Source: Candidatus Woesearchaeota archaeon (GTDB taxonomy: Archaea > Nanobdellota > Nanobdellia > Woesearchaeales > GCA-2686295). Taken from it: a stretch of 64,000 nt of DNA. The notes under the pieces are model-generated. The model made no database searches. It was not told where the DNA came from and worked only from the letters and a program-made list of their open reading frames with translations. Where the stretch lies: positions 17,408 through 81,407 of the forward strand of contig CALDOJ010000038.1 in the NCBI GenBank assembly GCA_937912225.1, read 5' to 3'. Below, piece after piece: positions 49,600 to 59,219 of this stretch (positions are counted from its first letter, which is position 1; each line of letters begins with the position of its first letter). Both the position numbers and the translations under genes were made by a program.

Positions 49600-50360
49600 T
49601 TATTATCCTCATCAAACCAATCTCCAAACATTTTATTAGCTGGTTCTCTATCTTCATTTACACTTAGTGCATGATCTGCTCCTTCTAAGATAATTAAACT
49701 TCCATCAGGAAAACCTTCAACAACTTTTTTACTTTGTTCTAGATTTACATCTTTATCTTCATTTCCATGAATAATTAAAACAGGACAAGTAATATTTTTA
49801 ACTTTATCATACATAATATTTTTTTGTGCATCTTCAAAGAAAGAATAATTAAGTTTTACTTTTCCTTTGGAAGCACTAAGAAAATATGCGAATCCTTTCT
49901 CTTTCCAGTTCTTTGTATTTTCAAAAGTTTTACTATTCAAAGTTTGAGATATATAATTTGAAACAGGTGCTTTTAAACCAATCTTTCCAGTTTCAGGAAA
50001 TTTTAAAGCAGCAGCCATAACAGTTATTCCTCCTGCACTAGAGCCGAATAAATCTATTCGTAAATAACCTCTTTCTTTCATTAATTTTATTGCAGCAATA
50101 GTATCTTCAGAAGCTTTTGTAGTAGTATGATCTTCAAATTTTCCTTCACTTTCACCACAACCATTCAAATCAATTCTAAAAGAATTAATTCCTCTTCTAG
50201 TAAGTTCTTCAGACATTATCTTTGAAGAAGTTCGATTCTTATTACTTGAAAAACCATGAACTATTACTACAACCCTTTCTTTCTTTGGGTTTGGTTCTTC
50301 TAAAATACCACATAACTTTAATCCATATGAATTTTTAAAGAATATCTTTTCTTCTTTCAT
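49596..50360 (-). CDS. Alpha/beta-hydrolase fold protein (esterase/peptidase S9-like)
   Basis: HG oxyanion motif VVIVHGFSS and nucleophile elbow GSSAGG (GxSxG). It overlaps both neighbours by 4 nt. Confidence 0.6.
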   Translation of the reverse strand: MKEEKIFFKNSYGLKLCGILEEPNPKKERVVVIVHGFSSNKNRTSSKIMSEELTRRGINSFRIDLNGCGESEGKFEDHTTTKASEDTIAAIKLMKERGYLRIDLFGSSAGGITVMAAALKFPETGKIGLKAPVSNYISQTLNSKTFENTKNWKEKGFAYFLSASKGKVKLNYSFFEDAQKNIMYDKVKNITCPVLIIHGNEDKDVNLEQSKKVVEGFPDGSLIILEGADHALSVNEDREPANKMFGDWFDEDNK

Positions 50361-51883
50361 CCTAGTTTAACACCTTCAAAACTAGTTTTGGTATTGTCGG
50401 TTTTTTTAGTTAACTTTACTGTGTCTTCAAAGAATGGAATCTTTACTGGTAATGCAAATTTTGCAAAATTACTGCTAATAATTGCTTCTCCAACGTCAAG
50501 ACTTGCAATAGCTCGGTCATCAGATTTCATATCTTGAGATGCTGATTCAATAATTGCTTGTCTTTCAGAATTCATTTCTGTTCCCATAATAATCTTAGTA
50601 TTTATGTTAGCTAGAATCTCTTTTGGAATTAAACTTGGAAGCTGTGTAATTGCAACTAGACCAAGACCAAACTTTCTTCCTTCTCGAGCAATTGTAGAAA
50701 AAATATTACTTCCTCGTTCCAATACTTCTTTTCCAATAACTCGAGGTGCTTCTTCTAAAACTATTGAAACAACAGGTTTATCATTTATGCCTTTTGTTTT
50801 GTAACGTTTATATCGATAGAAAATTTCAGTAGTAATAAGCGAACCAATCAATAACTCAATTTGACCTGAAAAATCACTTGTATCAATTATAACAGTATGT
50901 TCATTTTCTAATTCTGAACAAATATCTCTAATAGTATTTTGTCCAGCTTGCTTGTCAAATATTCCACCGCAATGAATATCAGTTCCATCAAAATCTAAGT
51001 CTAAGAGAAGTTTAAGTTTTCTTCTAATAACAACAATTGACATTTCATGAAACTCTTTTACATCACTATTTGCCAAATCTTCTGTGAATAATTTTTCAAT
51101 CCAAAGCTTGCCGAATTTTTTAAAATAAGCATACAAAGCTTGTCTTTGAGCGCTTGTAAAATTTACAAAATCAAAATGATCAGGTCTTAAATTTTCAAGA
51201 TTAATTTTCAAACTTCTTTGACCTGTAGGAACTTGTTTAGGAGTATAGTAAACAACTTTTTTACTAGGATGGTCTTTTAATCCAATTTTATTTCGACCAA
51301 AATACTCATCATGAGGATCTAATATTAGTAAAGCACAATAATTTTTATCAATAGTATCCCATATTAAATTACTCATCAAAACACTTTTCCCTTTACCGGT
51401 TGTTCCTGTAATTAAAACATGATGTGAGAAAACTTTATCTCCTTCCAGATAAATAGGAAACTTCAAATCTTTAGTTCCTGATCTTAGATTACCAAGTGAT
51501 AAAGGATTCTTTGGTCTTGTTAAAAATGAAAGGTCTTCTTTTGTAACTTCCCTGACCTCTGAAAAAAAATCCGGTAAAGATTTTGATGAAGTAGCTTTTG
51601 TATCTTTGATTGAAATTAAGTTTTTTAGTAAAGCGATTTTATAGTTTCGTAAGTGAGGTTCCATGAATTCTAAGTTAGAACTTTCTTCTAAACTCATTCC
51701 TGAAATTAACTCCAGGTTCTGCTGAGAAATTTGACTTCCATACAAAAGGTCATATACTTGTAATAAAATTTTACTGTTCTTTGTATCTGCAATTAGTAAT
51801 TCTCCAAGCTCTAATTCTTCACCAGCTTTCTGCCTAATAAAGATTTCTCCAAATCGTCCAGAAATAACTTGCCCCTTAATCAT
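50357..51883 (-). CDS. herA: HerA/FtsK-like P-loop ATPase (DUF87), probable bipolar helicase HerA
   Basis: N-terminal beta-barrel-like region, Walker [18 protein letters not shown], Walker B-like [11 protein letters not shown], 508 aa, in an operon with mre11. Confidence 0.55.
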   Translation of the reverse strand: MIKGQVISGRFGEIFIRQKAGEELELGELLIADTKNSKILLQVYDLLYGSQISQQNLELISGMSLEESSNLEFMEPHLRNYKIALLKNLISIKDTKATSSKSLPDFFSEVREVTKEDLSFLTRPKNPLSLGNLRSGTKDLKFPIYLEGDKVFSHHVLITGTTGKGKSVLMSNLIWDTIDKNYCALLILDPHDEYFGRNKIGLKDHPSKKVVYYTPKQVPTGQRSLKINLENLRPDHFDFVNFTSAQRQALYAYFKKFGKLWIEKLFTEDLANSDVKEFHEMSIVVIRRKLKLLLDLDFDGTDIHCGGIFDKQAGQNTIRDICSELENEHTVIIDTSDFSGQIELLIGSLITTEIFYRYKRYKTKGINDKPVVSIVLEEAPRVIGKEVLERGSNIFSTIAREGRKFGLGLVAITQLPSLIPKEILANINTKIIMGTEMNSERQAIIESASQDMKSDDRAIASLDVGEAIISSNFAKFALPVKIPFFEDTVKLTKKTDNTKTSFEGVKLG

Positions 51884-51961
51884 AACAGAAAAGAAACGAA
51901 TCCTTATTAAAAAGGTTTTTGTTTAACAATATTTTTATAATTTGTTTTATATGCTGGTTAT

Positions 51962-52366
51962 ATGAAGGTTTTATACGTTGCTCGAGGAATTGTTCGTCAT
52001 CAAAGAAAATATTTAATGTTGAAAAAACTTACAGGTGTTTTAGATGAAGATGTTGGTATGTGGGAAACACCTGGCGGAAGAATTGAAAAGAACGAAGATC
52101 CAAAAAAAGCGATTTTAAGAGAAATAAAAGAAGAAATTAATTTAGATTGTAAAATAATTAAAGAATTGCCTCTTTTACATGTTATTGACAAGCAAGTTGA
52201 TAGCACAGCTCATATTTTTTTGTTAAATTCAACTACTGATAAAATAACTCTTTCACACGAGCATTCAGACTATAAATGGTGCACAATAGATGAAATCAAA
52301 ACACTTAATACGGTTTATACTGATTTATTGTTAAAGAATTTAGAGTTAGCTGAAAAAATAAAATGA
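51962..52366 (+). CDS. NUDIX hydrolase
   Basis: Nudix box GMWETPGGRIEKNEDPKKAILREIKEEINL (GX5EX7REUXEEXGU). Confidence 0.8.
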   Translation: MKVLYVARGIVRHQRKYLMLKKLTGVLDEDVGMWETPGGRIEKNEDPKKAILREIKEEINLDCKIIKELPLLHVIDKQVDSTAHIFLLNSTTDKITLSHEHSDYKWCTIDEIKTLNTVYTDLLLKNLELAEKIK

Positions 52367-52806
52367 AAAAGAGAATTGTTATTTGGAGTAAAAAACTTCT
52401 TCTTGCATTCATTGTTGCATTAATCTGGATGTTAATTGCTCATAAAGAATATAGTTATAATCGTAACTTTGCTTCAGTTTTTGGAATTAATCTTTTCCCT
52501 TTAATAGCATGGACTTTTAGTTTGTTAGTTATGTATATTATTTATTTTCATTTTGAACGATTCTTAAAGAATAAAACTTTTCTAAAGAAATTACTTTTGT
52601 TTGTTGCTATTTATTGGCCTTTACTAATATTCTTTGAAACTATTTTCTACCATTTATTTAATCTTAAGAATTTAGCAACTGCTTCATATTCTGGCTTGCC
52701 AATTTGTAATTGTCTTCATGCACCTCATTGGATGCAATTAGCTTATTTTTTACTAGGACCAATATATTTCTTATTAGTTATGTTGTTAGAAAAAATAAAA
52801 AAATAG
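52363..52806 (+). CDS. Hypothetical 4-TM membrane protein, translationally coupled to the NUDIX gene
   Basis: 147 aa, 4 hydrophobic helices, ATGA overlap with the preceding gene. Confidence 0.4.
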   Translation: MKKRIVIWSKKLLLAFIVALIWMLIAHKEYSYNRNFASVFGINLFPLIAWTFSLLVMYIIYFHFERFLKNKTFLKKLLLFVAIYWPLLIFFETIFYHLFNLKNLATASYSGLPICNCLHAPHWMQLAYFLLGPIYFLLVMLLEKIKK

Positions 52807-52820
52807 ATAATAAAAAAAAT

Positions 52821-53615
52821 TTATAATAATGGGTTTTGTCCACCATATAAGGCATTAAATTGTCCATTCTTAAATTCTAATGAAAATACATCATTATTAC
52901 AATTTGTTGCTCTCATTTTAGGAACAGATATTTCTCGAACCATTTTTCTTCTGAATGGAGATAATCTTAAATGAATTATTCCATCTGATAAAAAGTCTTC
53001 AATCCCAAACTCACTATATTGGCTTCCATCGAGTGGCATTTCTGATATTAGATAAGTTGTTAATCCCATATCTCTTAAGAATTCAAATATGTAGAACAGT
53101 TCTATTCTTGGATTTTCAAATCTTGATAACACATATAATGCTGACATTGAGTCAAGAACAAAAACTTTGCATTCTATTTCTGCTTTTACTTTTTTAACAA
53201 TGTTTTTGATTACATTCATCCAACTTTTGTTATCTCCAACTTTTATATCTTTAATTTCTTTTCTAATACATCCAACATCTGCAAGCAGAATATTTCCTTT
53301 GCCTGAAGCTTTAGCATCTCTGATTACTTGGTCGATTTTTGTTAAATCATCAATCTTTAATAAGCCCATATTTTCAGAGTTTAATCCCATTCCATCCATA
53401 TGTTGTTGTAGTGATTCAAAGGATTGCTCCAGAGAAATATACAACGAGTTTCTTCCTGCTAATGCTTCATTATAAATTATGTTGAAACATAGCGATGATT
53501 TCATTGTACCGGCTGTACCGCTAATTAGCGTGATGTGTTTTTCAGGTATTCCGCCTGAAATTGCTTCATCAAATCCATTGATGTATGTTTTTATCCTATT
53601 AAGTTGACCTTCCAT
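52821..53615 (-). CDS. KaiC-domain / RecA-superfamily ATPase (RadA-paralog-like)
   Basis: GFDEAISGGIPEKHITLISGTAGTMKSSLC (Walker A in KaiC/RadB context), 264 aa. Confidence 0.65.
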   Translation of the reverse strand: MEGQLNRIKTYINGFDEAISGGIPEKHITLISGTAGTMKSSLCFNIIYNEALAGRNSLYISLEQSFESLQQHMDGMGLNSENMGLLKIDDLTKIDQVIRDAKASGKGNILLADVGCIRKEIKDIKVGDNKSWMNVIKNIVKKVKAEIECKVFVLDSMSALYVLSRFENPRIELFYIFEFLRDMGLTTYLISEMPLDGSQYSEFGIEDFLSDGIIHLRLSPFRRKMVREISVPKMRATNCNNDVFSLEFKNGQFNALYGGQNPLL

Positions 53616-53626
53616 TTTGTTTCACC

Positions 53627-54880
53627 TCATTCTTTGTGTGCTAGATTATTTATTTTTCCTGGTTTTGTATTCACTATAAGTTTATGATCTTCTCCTATGT
53701 ATCCGCATCCAACTATTATCCCGTCAGTTTTGTATTGCCAGAGTTTTTTCCCTTCAATTCTTCCTGGCTCTTGTGTCATTACATCAGTATAGTTTCCTGC
53801 TTGTTGAAGAACTCCTGAGACTCCTGGAACATAATCAAGTTTGTAACTTCCTTCTGAGTCTAAAATATAAATGTTGTGGTCATAAGACCCTGCAATAACT
53901 TCTAATTTTCCATCACCATCAATATCATCAACTATTGGTGGAGCAACAACCCAGAAGTCTGTTTCATAGGACCAAATTTTTTCTCCATTAGAGTTAAGTG
54001 CATAAATTTTGTTATCACAAGAACCAAAGATGATTTCAAGTTTGTTATCATTATTAATATCTGCTAAACAAGCCTTGGAATAAATTGCACCTTCAGTTTT
54101 AAATTTCCAAATTAATTCTCCATCAAGATTTAACATGTAAAGATAATTATCTGTTGATCCAACAACAATAAATGTTCTTTCATCACCAAACAGTTTTCCA
54201 ACTGATGGTTGAGCAGTAATTTTAGCATTAGTAGTGAATTTCCAGATTAGTTTTCCTAAATTGTTTATACAGTGAAGTTCTCCGTTATCACATCCAAAAA
54301 CAATGTTTCCTTTAACGATTTCAGGACATGATTCTATGCTTGATCCTGCTTCGTATTGCCAGAGAAGTTTGCCTTCATTGTTTAAGACATATAAATTTTT
54401 ATCTCCTGAACCAAAAAGAATTTCAAGTTTTCCATCACCATTAATATCATTAATAAGAACTGGTGCTCTGATTGAACCTTCTGTTTTAAATTTCCATAAA
54501 AGTTCTCCTTCATAACTAAGAGCGTAAATATTGCCCATTTCTGATCCTACAACGATTTCTTTTTTACCGTCATTATTTATATCAGCAATATTTGGTGATG
54601 ATTCTATGCTACTAGCAGTGTCAGCATCTAGAAACATTAATTCAACATCTCCAACTTGTTCTTGAGTATTGAACATCCATTGAACATTTGCATTTACATC
54701 TATTGAACAGATTTTTCCATCTTTAGTTCCAAAGATTATACTTTTATGTCCATTATTAGATAAATCTGCGATTACAGGAGGTGCAAGCAAAGTGCTCTGA
54801 GAATCATACTTCCACTCCTCCTCTATTTTTCCTCTTTTTTTACCTTTAAGAACATTCTTAAGGCCGAATGTAAACTTCAT
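53627..54880 (-). CDS. PQQ-like beta-propeller repeat protein
   Basis: Repeated about 40-aa units with G.LLWKF / G.LIWKF and DG...YALN patterns characteristic of PQQ/BamB-type propeller blades. Confidence 0.6.
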   Translation of the reverse strand: MKFTFGLKNVLKGKKRGKIEEEWKYDSQSTLLAPPVIADLSNNGHKSIIFGTKDGKICSIDVNANVQWMFNTQEQVGDVELMFLDADTASSIESSPNIADINNDGKKEIVVGSEMGNIYALSYEGELLWKFKTEGSIRAPVLINDINGDGKLEILFGSGDKNLYVLNNEGKLLWQYEAGSSIESCPEIVKGNIVFGCDNGELHCINNLGKLIWKFTTNAKITAQPSVGKLFGDERTFIVVGSTDNYLYMLNLDGELIWKFKTEGAIYSKACLADINNDNKLEIIFGSCDNKIYALNSNGEKIWSYETDFWVVAPPIVDDIDGDGKLEVIAGSYDHNIYILDSEGSYKLDYVPGVSGVLQQAGNYTDVMTQEPGRIEGKKLWQYKTDGIIVGCGYIGEDHKLIVNTKPGKINNLAHKE

Positions 54881-54989
54881 ATATACTCATCTCATATTTT
54901 TGCTTTTTAAAAAAGTTTTGTTTTTAATGGTTAATAATGATTAATTGTGATAATCAATAACTTTAAATATTCTGCTCTTTATTATATGA

Positions 54990-56438
54990 ATGAAAATGGG
55001 TGATGAATTACTCTTATTAGTTAAATCATATCTGCAGCAAAATTTATCTTTTGATGAGATAAAAGATAAACTTTCAGAGAGAGGCTTTTTAGATGATGAA
55101 ATAGATTCAACTATAGAAAAGGCTTCTTCTTCACTTCAATCAGCTGCTAATCGAGAAAATAAAGCATTAGTAAGGTTTTTTTCTATGAAAGAATTATTTG
55201 ATAGAATTGGTTATGGTTTTGTATCAAATCCTTTTGTTAATATTCTATTTTATCAATCAGGTGCATCTTTATTTTTAATTGGTTTAATTAATGGTTTAAG
55301 AATGGTTCTTTCTTTAGTGTTATCTTCTTTTATTAAAGAATATACTAAAGTTCATTATTTAAAAAAAAGTTTTATGAGCAATGGAGGGTTATTATTTGGG
55401 TTTAGCTTTTTATTAATGGCAGCTGCTAGAATGATGCATTCTCCAAGTTTATTTGCAATTGCATTATTGCTTGGTGGTGTTGGTGTTGTAACTCATGGCG
55501 AACTTTATATGAAATTTTTAAAAGAAAGTCTTAAGCAAGAAAAGAAAGGAAGATTTCTTGGAAGGATTGCTTATTATGGAGTTTTAATAACTTCAGCATC
55601 TATGTTGGTGTCAGGGTTTATTATTGATAAATTTCCTGCATCTGGAGAAATTGTTAAATGGACTATTATGGGTAAACAATTACCTGTTCTTGGTTATGTA
55701 ATATCTTTTGAAATAACTGCTTTTGCATTTATTCTTTCAGGTTATATCTTATCATTTATTAAAGAAAAAGAAGTTCTTTCATCTCAGAAAATGTCTGGTT
55801 TTTTTACAGAGTTTATCTCACGAGTAAAATTGCATAGAAGGATATTTTTTAAGAATAAGGTAGTTCTTCTTTTAACTATTTGTTCAACAATAACAGGACT
55901 CATACAAGTATTTGGAACTTCTTATTATGGACTTTTTATTTATGATAATTTCAAGAATGATTTCTTTGGAGGATTTTTGAATGTTTCAATTGTTTTTGTT
56001 GTTGCAATTATCGCTTCTTTGTTTGGTCCGACGATTACTAGAAAAATTCAAAGAAATATAGGTGTTTCTCCAATGTTGGTGTTTGGAACTTTATTAACTG
56101 CAATGTTACCTTTAGCATTATTTTTTCATGGAAATTTTGTCGCGTTAATTGTTGCTAGTGCACTTTCAATTGTTGGGGGTTCAATTGTTGGGGTTGGACA
56201 ATCTTTGTTTACTAGAAAGCTCTTATTTGAAGAAGAAAGGAATATTTATTTCTCATTCCTTGGTTTGATAATCTCAGTTCCTATGCTAATTTTAGTGCCT
56301 TTAATGGCTTATCTTGCTCAAGTAATTAATCTTATTCCACTTTTCAAAATATTCGTTTTTGTTCTTTGTTTAGTTGTGGCACCTCTTTATTTCTTAATGG
56401 TCTTACTTTATGAAAGAACAATTCATGCAAAGGTTTAA
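54990..56438 (+). CDS. MFS-type transporter-like polytopic membrane protein with N-terminal soluble helical domain
   Basis: About 12 hydrophobic helices after a 70-aa cytoplasmic N-terminus. No specific motif recognised. Confidence 0.4.
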   Translation: MKMGDELLLLVKSYLQQNLSFDEIKDKLSERGFLDDEIDSTIEKASSSLQSAANRENKALVRFFSMKELFDRIGYGFVSNPFVNILFYQSGASLFLIGLINGLRMVLSLVLSSFIKEYTKVHYLKKSFMSNGGLLFGFSFLLMAAARMMHSPSLFAIALLLGGVGVVTHGELYMKFLKESLKQEKKGRFLGRIAYYGVLITSASMLVSGFIIDKFPASGEIVKWTIMGKQLPVLGYVISFEITAFAFILSGYILSFIKEKEVLSSQKMSGFFTEFISRVKLHRRIFFKNKVVLLLTICSTITGLIQVFGTSYYGLFIYDNFKNDFFGGFLNVSIVFVVAIIASLFGPTITRKIQRNIGVSPMLVFGTLLTAMLPLALFFHGNFVALIVASALSIVGGSIVGVGQSLFTRKLLFEEERNIYFSFLGLIISVPMLILVPLMAYLAQVINLIPLFKIFVFVLCLVVAPLYFLMVLLYERTIHAKV

Positions 56439-56585
56439 ATAGGTCTCTTTGTTCTTTGGCTTTGGGGGTTGATAGCATGAAAGATAGAATTAATGATAGT
56501 GTTCTTGTCAGAAACGGTCTTTATGTACATAAACAAATAGAGGTTCGTAACAACAGAATTTTTATGAGAATGAAGACGAGAAAAC

Positions 56586-56855
56586 TTATTCAATTATAGC
56601 TTTATTTTTTAATTTTAAAGTAATTTTTCTTAAGAAAGGTTGTTCTCTATCACTTCTTAGTTGAAAAGTTGTATCGCTATTGATTTCTATTTCTCTATGA
56701 TAATCAATTGTTTTTAAGAAGTTTTCAATTTCTTTTATTGCACCATAAATTTGATGTTGTTTTGCTAAATCTAATTCGTCTTTGTTATTTTCTAGAGTTT
56801 GAATTAGATTATATCTTCTTTTTTCAAAAACTTTTTTTAGTTCGATTAAACTCAT
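56586..56855 (-). CDS. Hypothetical small protein (probable start at the Met overlapping the upstream stop codon, ATGA)
   Basis: The 107-aa track ORF has an internal Met (MSLIELKK) whose ATG overlaps the stop of the Zn-ribbon gene. Confidence 0.35.
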   Translation of the reverse strand: MSLIELKKVFEKRRYNLIQTLENNKDELDLAKQHQIYGAIKEIENFLKTIDYHREIEINSDTTFQLRSDREQPFLRKITLKLKNKAIIE

Positions 56856-57127
56856 TTTATGTCTCTTTTTAGTTTTCCTATAAAATATTCTAAGCAATCG
56901 GTTGCGCAAAAACTTGCTTTCTTACGAAAGTTTTCAGGCCCAAACATTAGTGTAAGATCTCCATCCCTTATGGCTGTATTACAAACAGGACATACTTGGT
57001 TATTGTTTTTAAATCTTTCTAATTGACTATTTATTAGTTGTTCAACTTTGCCTGATTCTATTTCTCTTTTTAATTGCATTAATTCTTCAAAACTTAATTT
57101 TTCTACTGTGTGTTTTAGTTTATTCAT
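56852..57127 (-). CDS. Zinc-ribbon protein
   Basis: CPVCNTAIRDGD...C..DC cysteine pairs. Coupled to the upstream regulator gene (8-nt overlap). Confidence 0.45.
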   Translation of the reverse strand: MNKLKHTVEKLSFEELMQLKREIESGKVEQLINSQLERFKNNNQVCPVCNTAIRDGDLTLMFGPENFRKKASFCATDCLEYFIGKLKRDIK

Positions 57128-57785
57128 TTCTTAACGCTCTTATCTTTAAAATTAAATTACTTGGGTCATATAATGTTTTAACTTTGGTTGTTATTTTCAT
57201 AAAATGTTCGTTTTTTGAATGTATGCCTTCTTCAAGTTCTTGCATGCTGTGAGTCCAACAAGCAATATCTTTTTTAGTTTTTTTAGATGTTTCGATTGTG
57301 ATGTTACTATATTTCGTTCTGATATTGTCTACATGGTCAGTTATCAGTGTTAGTTCTATTTTATTAGATTCTGATTTTAATAAAAGTATTGATTGACACT
57401 TCACAAATAAATCTTGACTTTGTCCAAAGAAGTTCATTAAAATTTCTTGATCTTCAGTTTTTTCTAAGAATATGATGTTTAACAACATTTGATGTAATGG
57501 GTTGGTTTCAATAAGTTTTTTTTCAGCAGAATCTTGTGTGATGTGTACTATGTAAGAAACTTCTTTTGCAATTCTATAATTAACTTTTGGCTTTCCTGGA
57601 ACATTATTTTCTTTTAGTTTTTCTTTTATTACAAGATTGTATGCTTCTAATAATCTTAATTGTTGACTAATATTGGCAATACTTGTGTTAGTCTTCTTAG
57701 CAAGTTCTGTTGGAGATTGTTTTTTATTAGCAAGCTCTTTAATTATAGCCCATTTAGAATCTGTAAATAACCCTTCATACTCCAT
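57120..57785 (-). CDS. Winged-helix (ArsR/TrmB-like) transcriptional regulator with C-terminal ligand-binding-type domain
   Basis: N-terminal wHTH WAIIKELANKKQSPTELAKKTNTSIANISQQLRLLEAYNLVIKEK. Confidence 0.55.
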   Translation of the reverse strand: MEYEGLFTDSKWAIIKELANKKQSPTELAKKTNTSIANISQQLRLLEAYNLVIKEKLKENNVPGKPKVNYRIAKEVSYIVHITQDSAEKKLIETNPLHQMLLNIIFLEKTEDQEILMNFFGQSQDLFVKCQSILLLKSESNKIELTLITDHVDNIRTKYSNITIETSKKTKKDIACWTHSMQELEEGIHSKNEHFMKITTKVKTLYDPSNLILKIRALRNE

Positions 57786-57861
57786 ATTTTAATATAGGAT
57801 GGCCCTTTATTTAAACTTTTCTATTTAATTAAGAATTATATCAAATTAACTAATTAACTTA

Positions 57862-57879
57862 ACTAGTTAATTAACTAGT
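57862..57879. promoter_or_regulatory. Perfect 18-bp palindrome ACTAGTTAATTAACTAGT (candidate operator) in the divergent promoter between the wHTH regulator gene and the glycogen locus
   Basis: The sequence equals its own reverse complement. It is flanked by further TTAACTA half-site repeats (57848..57882). Confidence 0.5.
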
Positions 57880-57988
57880 AGTAGAATTAAAGAAAGCTTT
57901 TTAAATAAACCTGCCCTAATAGTTGATAGCTAGCTAAGAAATCAAAAAAGAGGGAGATGATTTCTCAGTATTTTGTAAGGAGGTAGTA

Positions 57989-59209
57989 ATGAGAGTACTA
58001 ATGTTTGGGTGGGAGTTTCCGCCATTTTATTCAGGGGGTTTGGGGACTGCATGTTATGGTTTAACAAAAGGACTTAGCCATCATAATGTAAAAGTCACAT
58101 TTGTAATGCCTAAAGGACCTGATACTGTAAAATCGGATTTTGTAAAACTTCTAGTAGCTGATAAAGCATTTAAGAATCATAATTTTAGAATTAAAAAAAT
58201 AGATTCTATTTTAACACCTTATCTAAATTCTCAAACATATAATGAAAAATTTCAAGATTATAGTTTAATGCTAAAAAAACAAAGTACAGAATTACTCTAT
58301 GGAAAGAACATGTTTGAAGAAGTCTATCGATTCAGTGAACAAGCAAAACTAATTGCATTAAGCGAAGAATTTGATGTTATACACGCTCATGATTGGATGA
58401 CTTATATGGCAGGTATAAAAGCTAAAAAAGTATCAGGTAAACCACTAGTCGTTCATATGCACGCAACAGAATTTGACCGAACAGGTGGAAATGGAATAAA
58501 CCAGTATGTGTATGATATTGAAAAAAGAGGAATGCACGAAGCAGACAAAGTATGTGCTGTAAGTAATTATACAAAAAGTATGGTTGTACAACATTATGGA
58601 GTGCCACCAGAAAAAGTAGAAGTTGTTCATAACGCAGTTGAATTCTCAGATAGACAAATATATCGAATTGAAAAAACAGACAAAGTAGTTTTATTCTTAG
58701 GAAGAATTACACTTCAAAAAGGACCTGAATATTTTGTTGAAGCTGCAAAGAAAGTAATGGATAGAGATCCAAATGTTAAATTTGTAGTAGTCGGAAGTGG
58801 AGATATGGAACCACAAATGATTGAACATGCAGCAAGTTTAGGAATTGCAAACAGAATGTTATTCGCAGGATTCTTAACTGGTGAAGACGTAAACAAAGCT
58901 TATCAAATGGCTGATATTTATGTTATGCCATCAGTTAGCGAACCGTTTGGAATAACTCCATTAGAAGCAATGAAATCCGGAACACCAGTAATTATTTCAA
59001 AACAATCAGGAGTAAGTGAAGTAATACAAAATTGTTTAAAAGTAGATTTTTGGGATGTGGACGATATAGCAAATAAAATATTATCCTTATTACATTATGA
59101 AACATTACATCAAACATTAAAACATCATGGAACAATTGAAGTTGATAAGTTTAATTGGGATATACCTGCAGAAAAATGTTTAAGAATATACAATGAGTTA
59201 GTAAGATAG
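57989..59209 (+). CDS. Archaeal-type glycogen/alpha-glucan synthase-like GT-B glycosyltransferase (GT4/GT5)
   Basis: N-terminus MRVLMFGWEFPPFYSGGLGTACYGL and C-terminal EPFGITPLEAMKSGTPVI. Confidence 0.55.
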   Translation: MRVLMFGWEFPPFYSGGLGTACYGLTKGLSHHNVKVTFVMPKGPDTVKSDFVKLLVADKAFKNHNFRIKKIDSILTPYLNSQTYNEKFQDYSLMLKKQSTELLYGKNMFEEVYRFSEQAKLIALSEEFDVIHAHDWMTYMAGIKAKKVSGKPLVVHMHATEFDRTGGNGINQYVYDIEKRGMHEADKVCAVSNYTKSMVVQHYGVPPEKVEVVHNAVEFSDRQIYRIEKTDKVVLFLGRITLQKGPEYFVEAAKKVMDRDPNVKFVVVGSGDMEPQMIEHAASLGIANRMLFAGFLTGEDVNKAYQMADIYVMPSVSEPFGITPLEAMKSGTPVIISKQSGVSEVIQNCLKVDFWDVDDIANKILSLLHYETLHQTLKHHGTIEVDKFNWDIPAEKCLRIYNELVR

Positions 59210-59219
59210 AGGAAACAAA

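Noticed and set aside
56461-56583. 40-codon ORF (MKDRINDSVLVRNGLYVHKQIEVRNNRIFMRMKTRKLIQL) in the intergenic region after the MFS-like gene
   Set aside because: It is too short and without motif or evident RBS, so it is probably non-coding 3' UTR.
58422-58896. Antisense ORFs in the glycogen-synthase-like gene (58422..58607, 58445..58630, 58714..58896)
   Set aside because: They are antisense to a well-supported GT-B gene and have a low-complexity composition.
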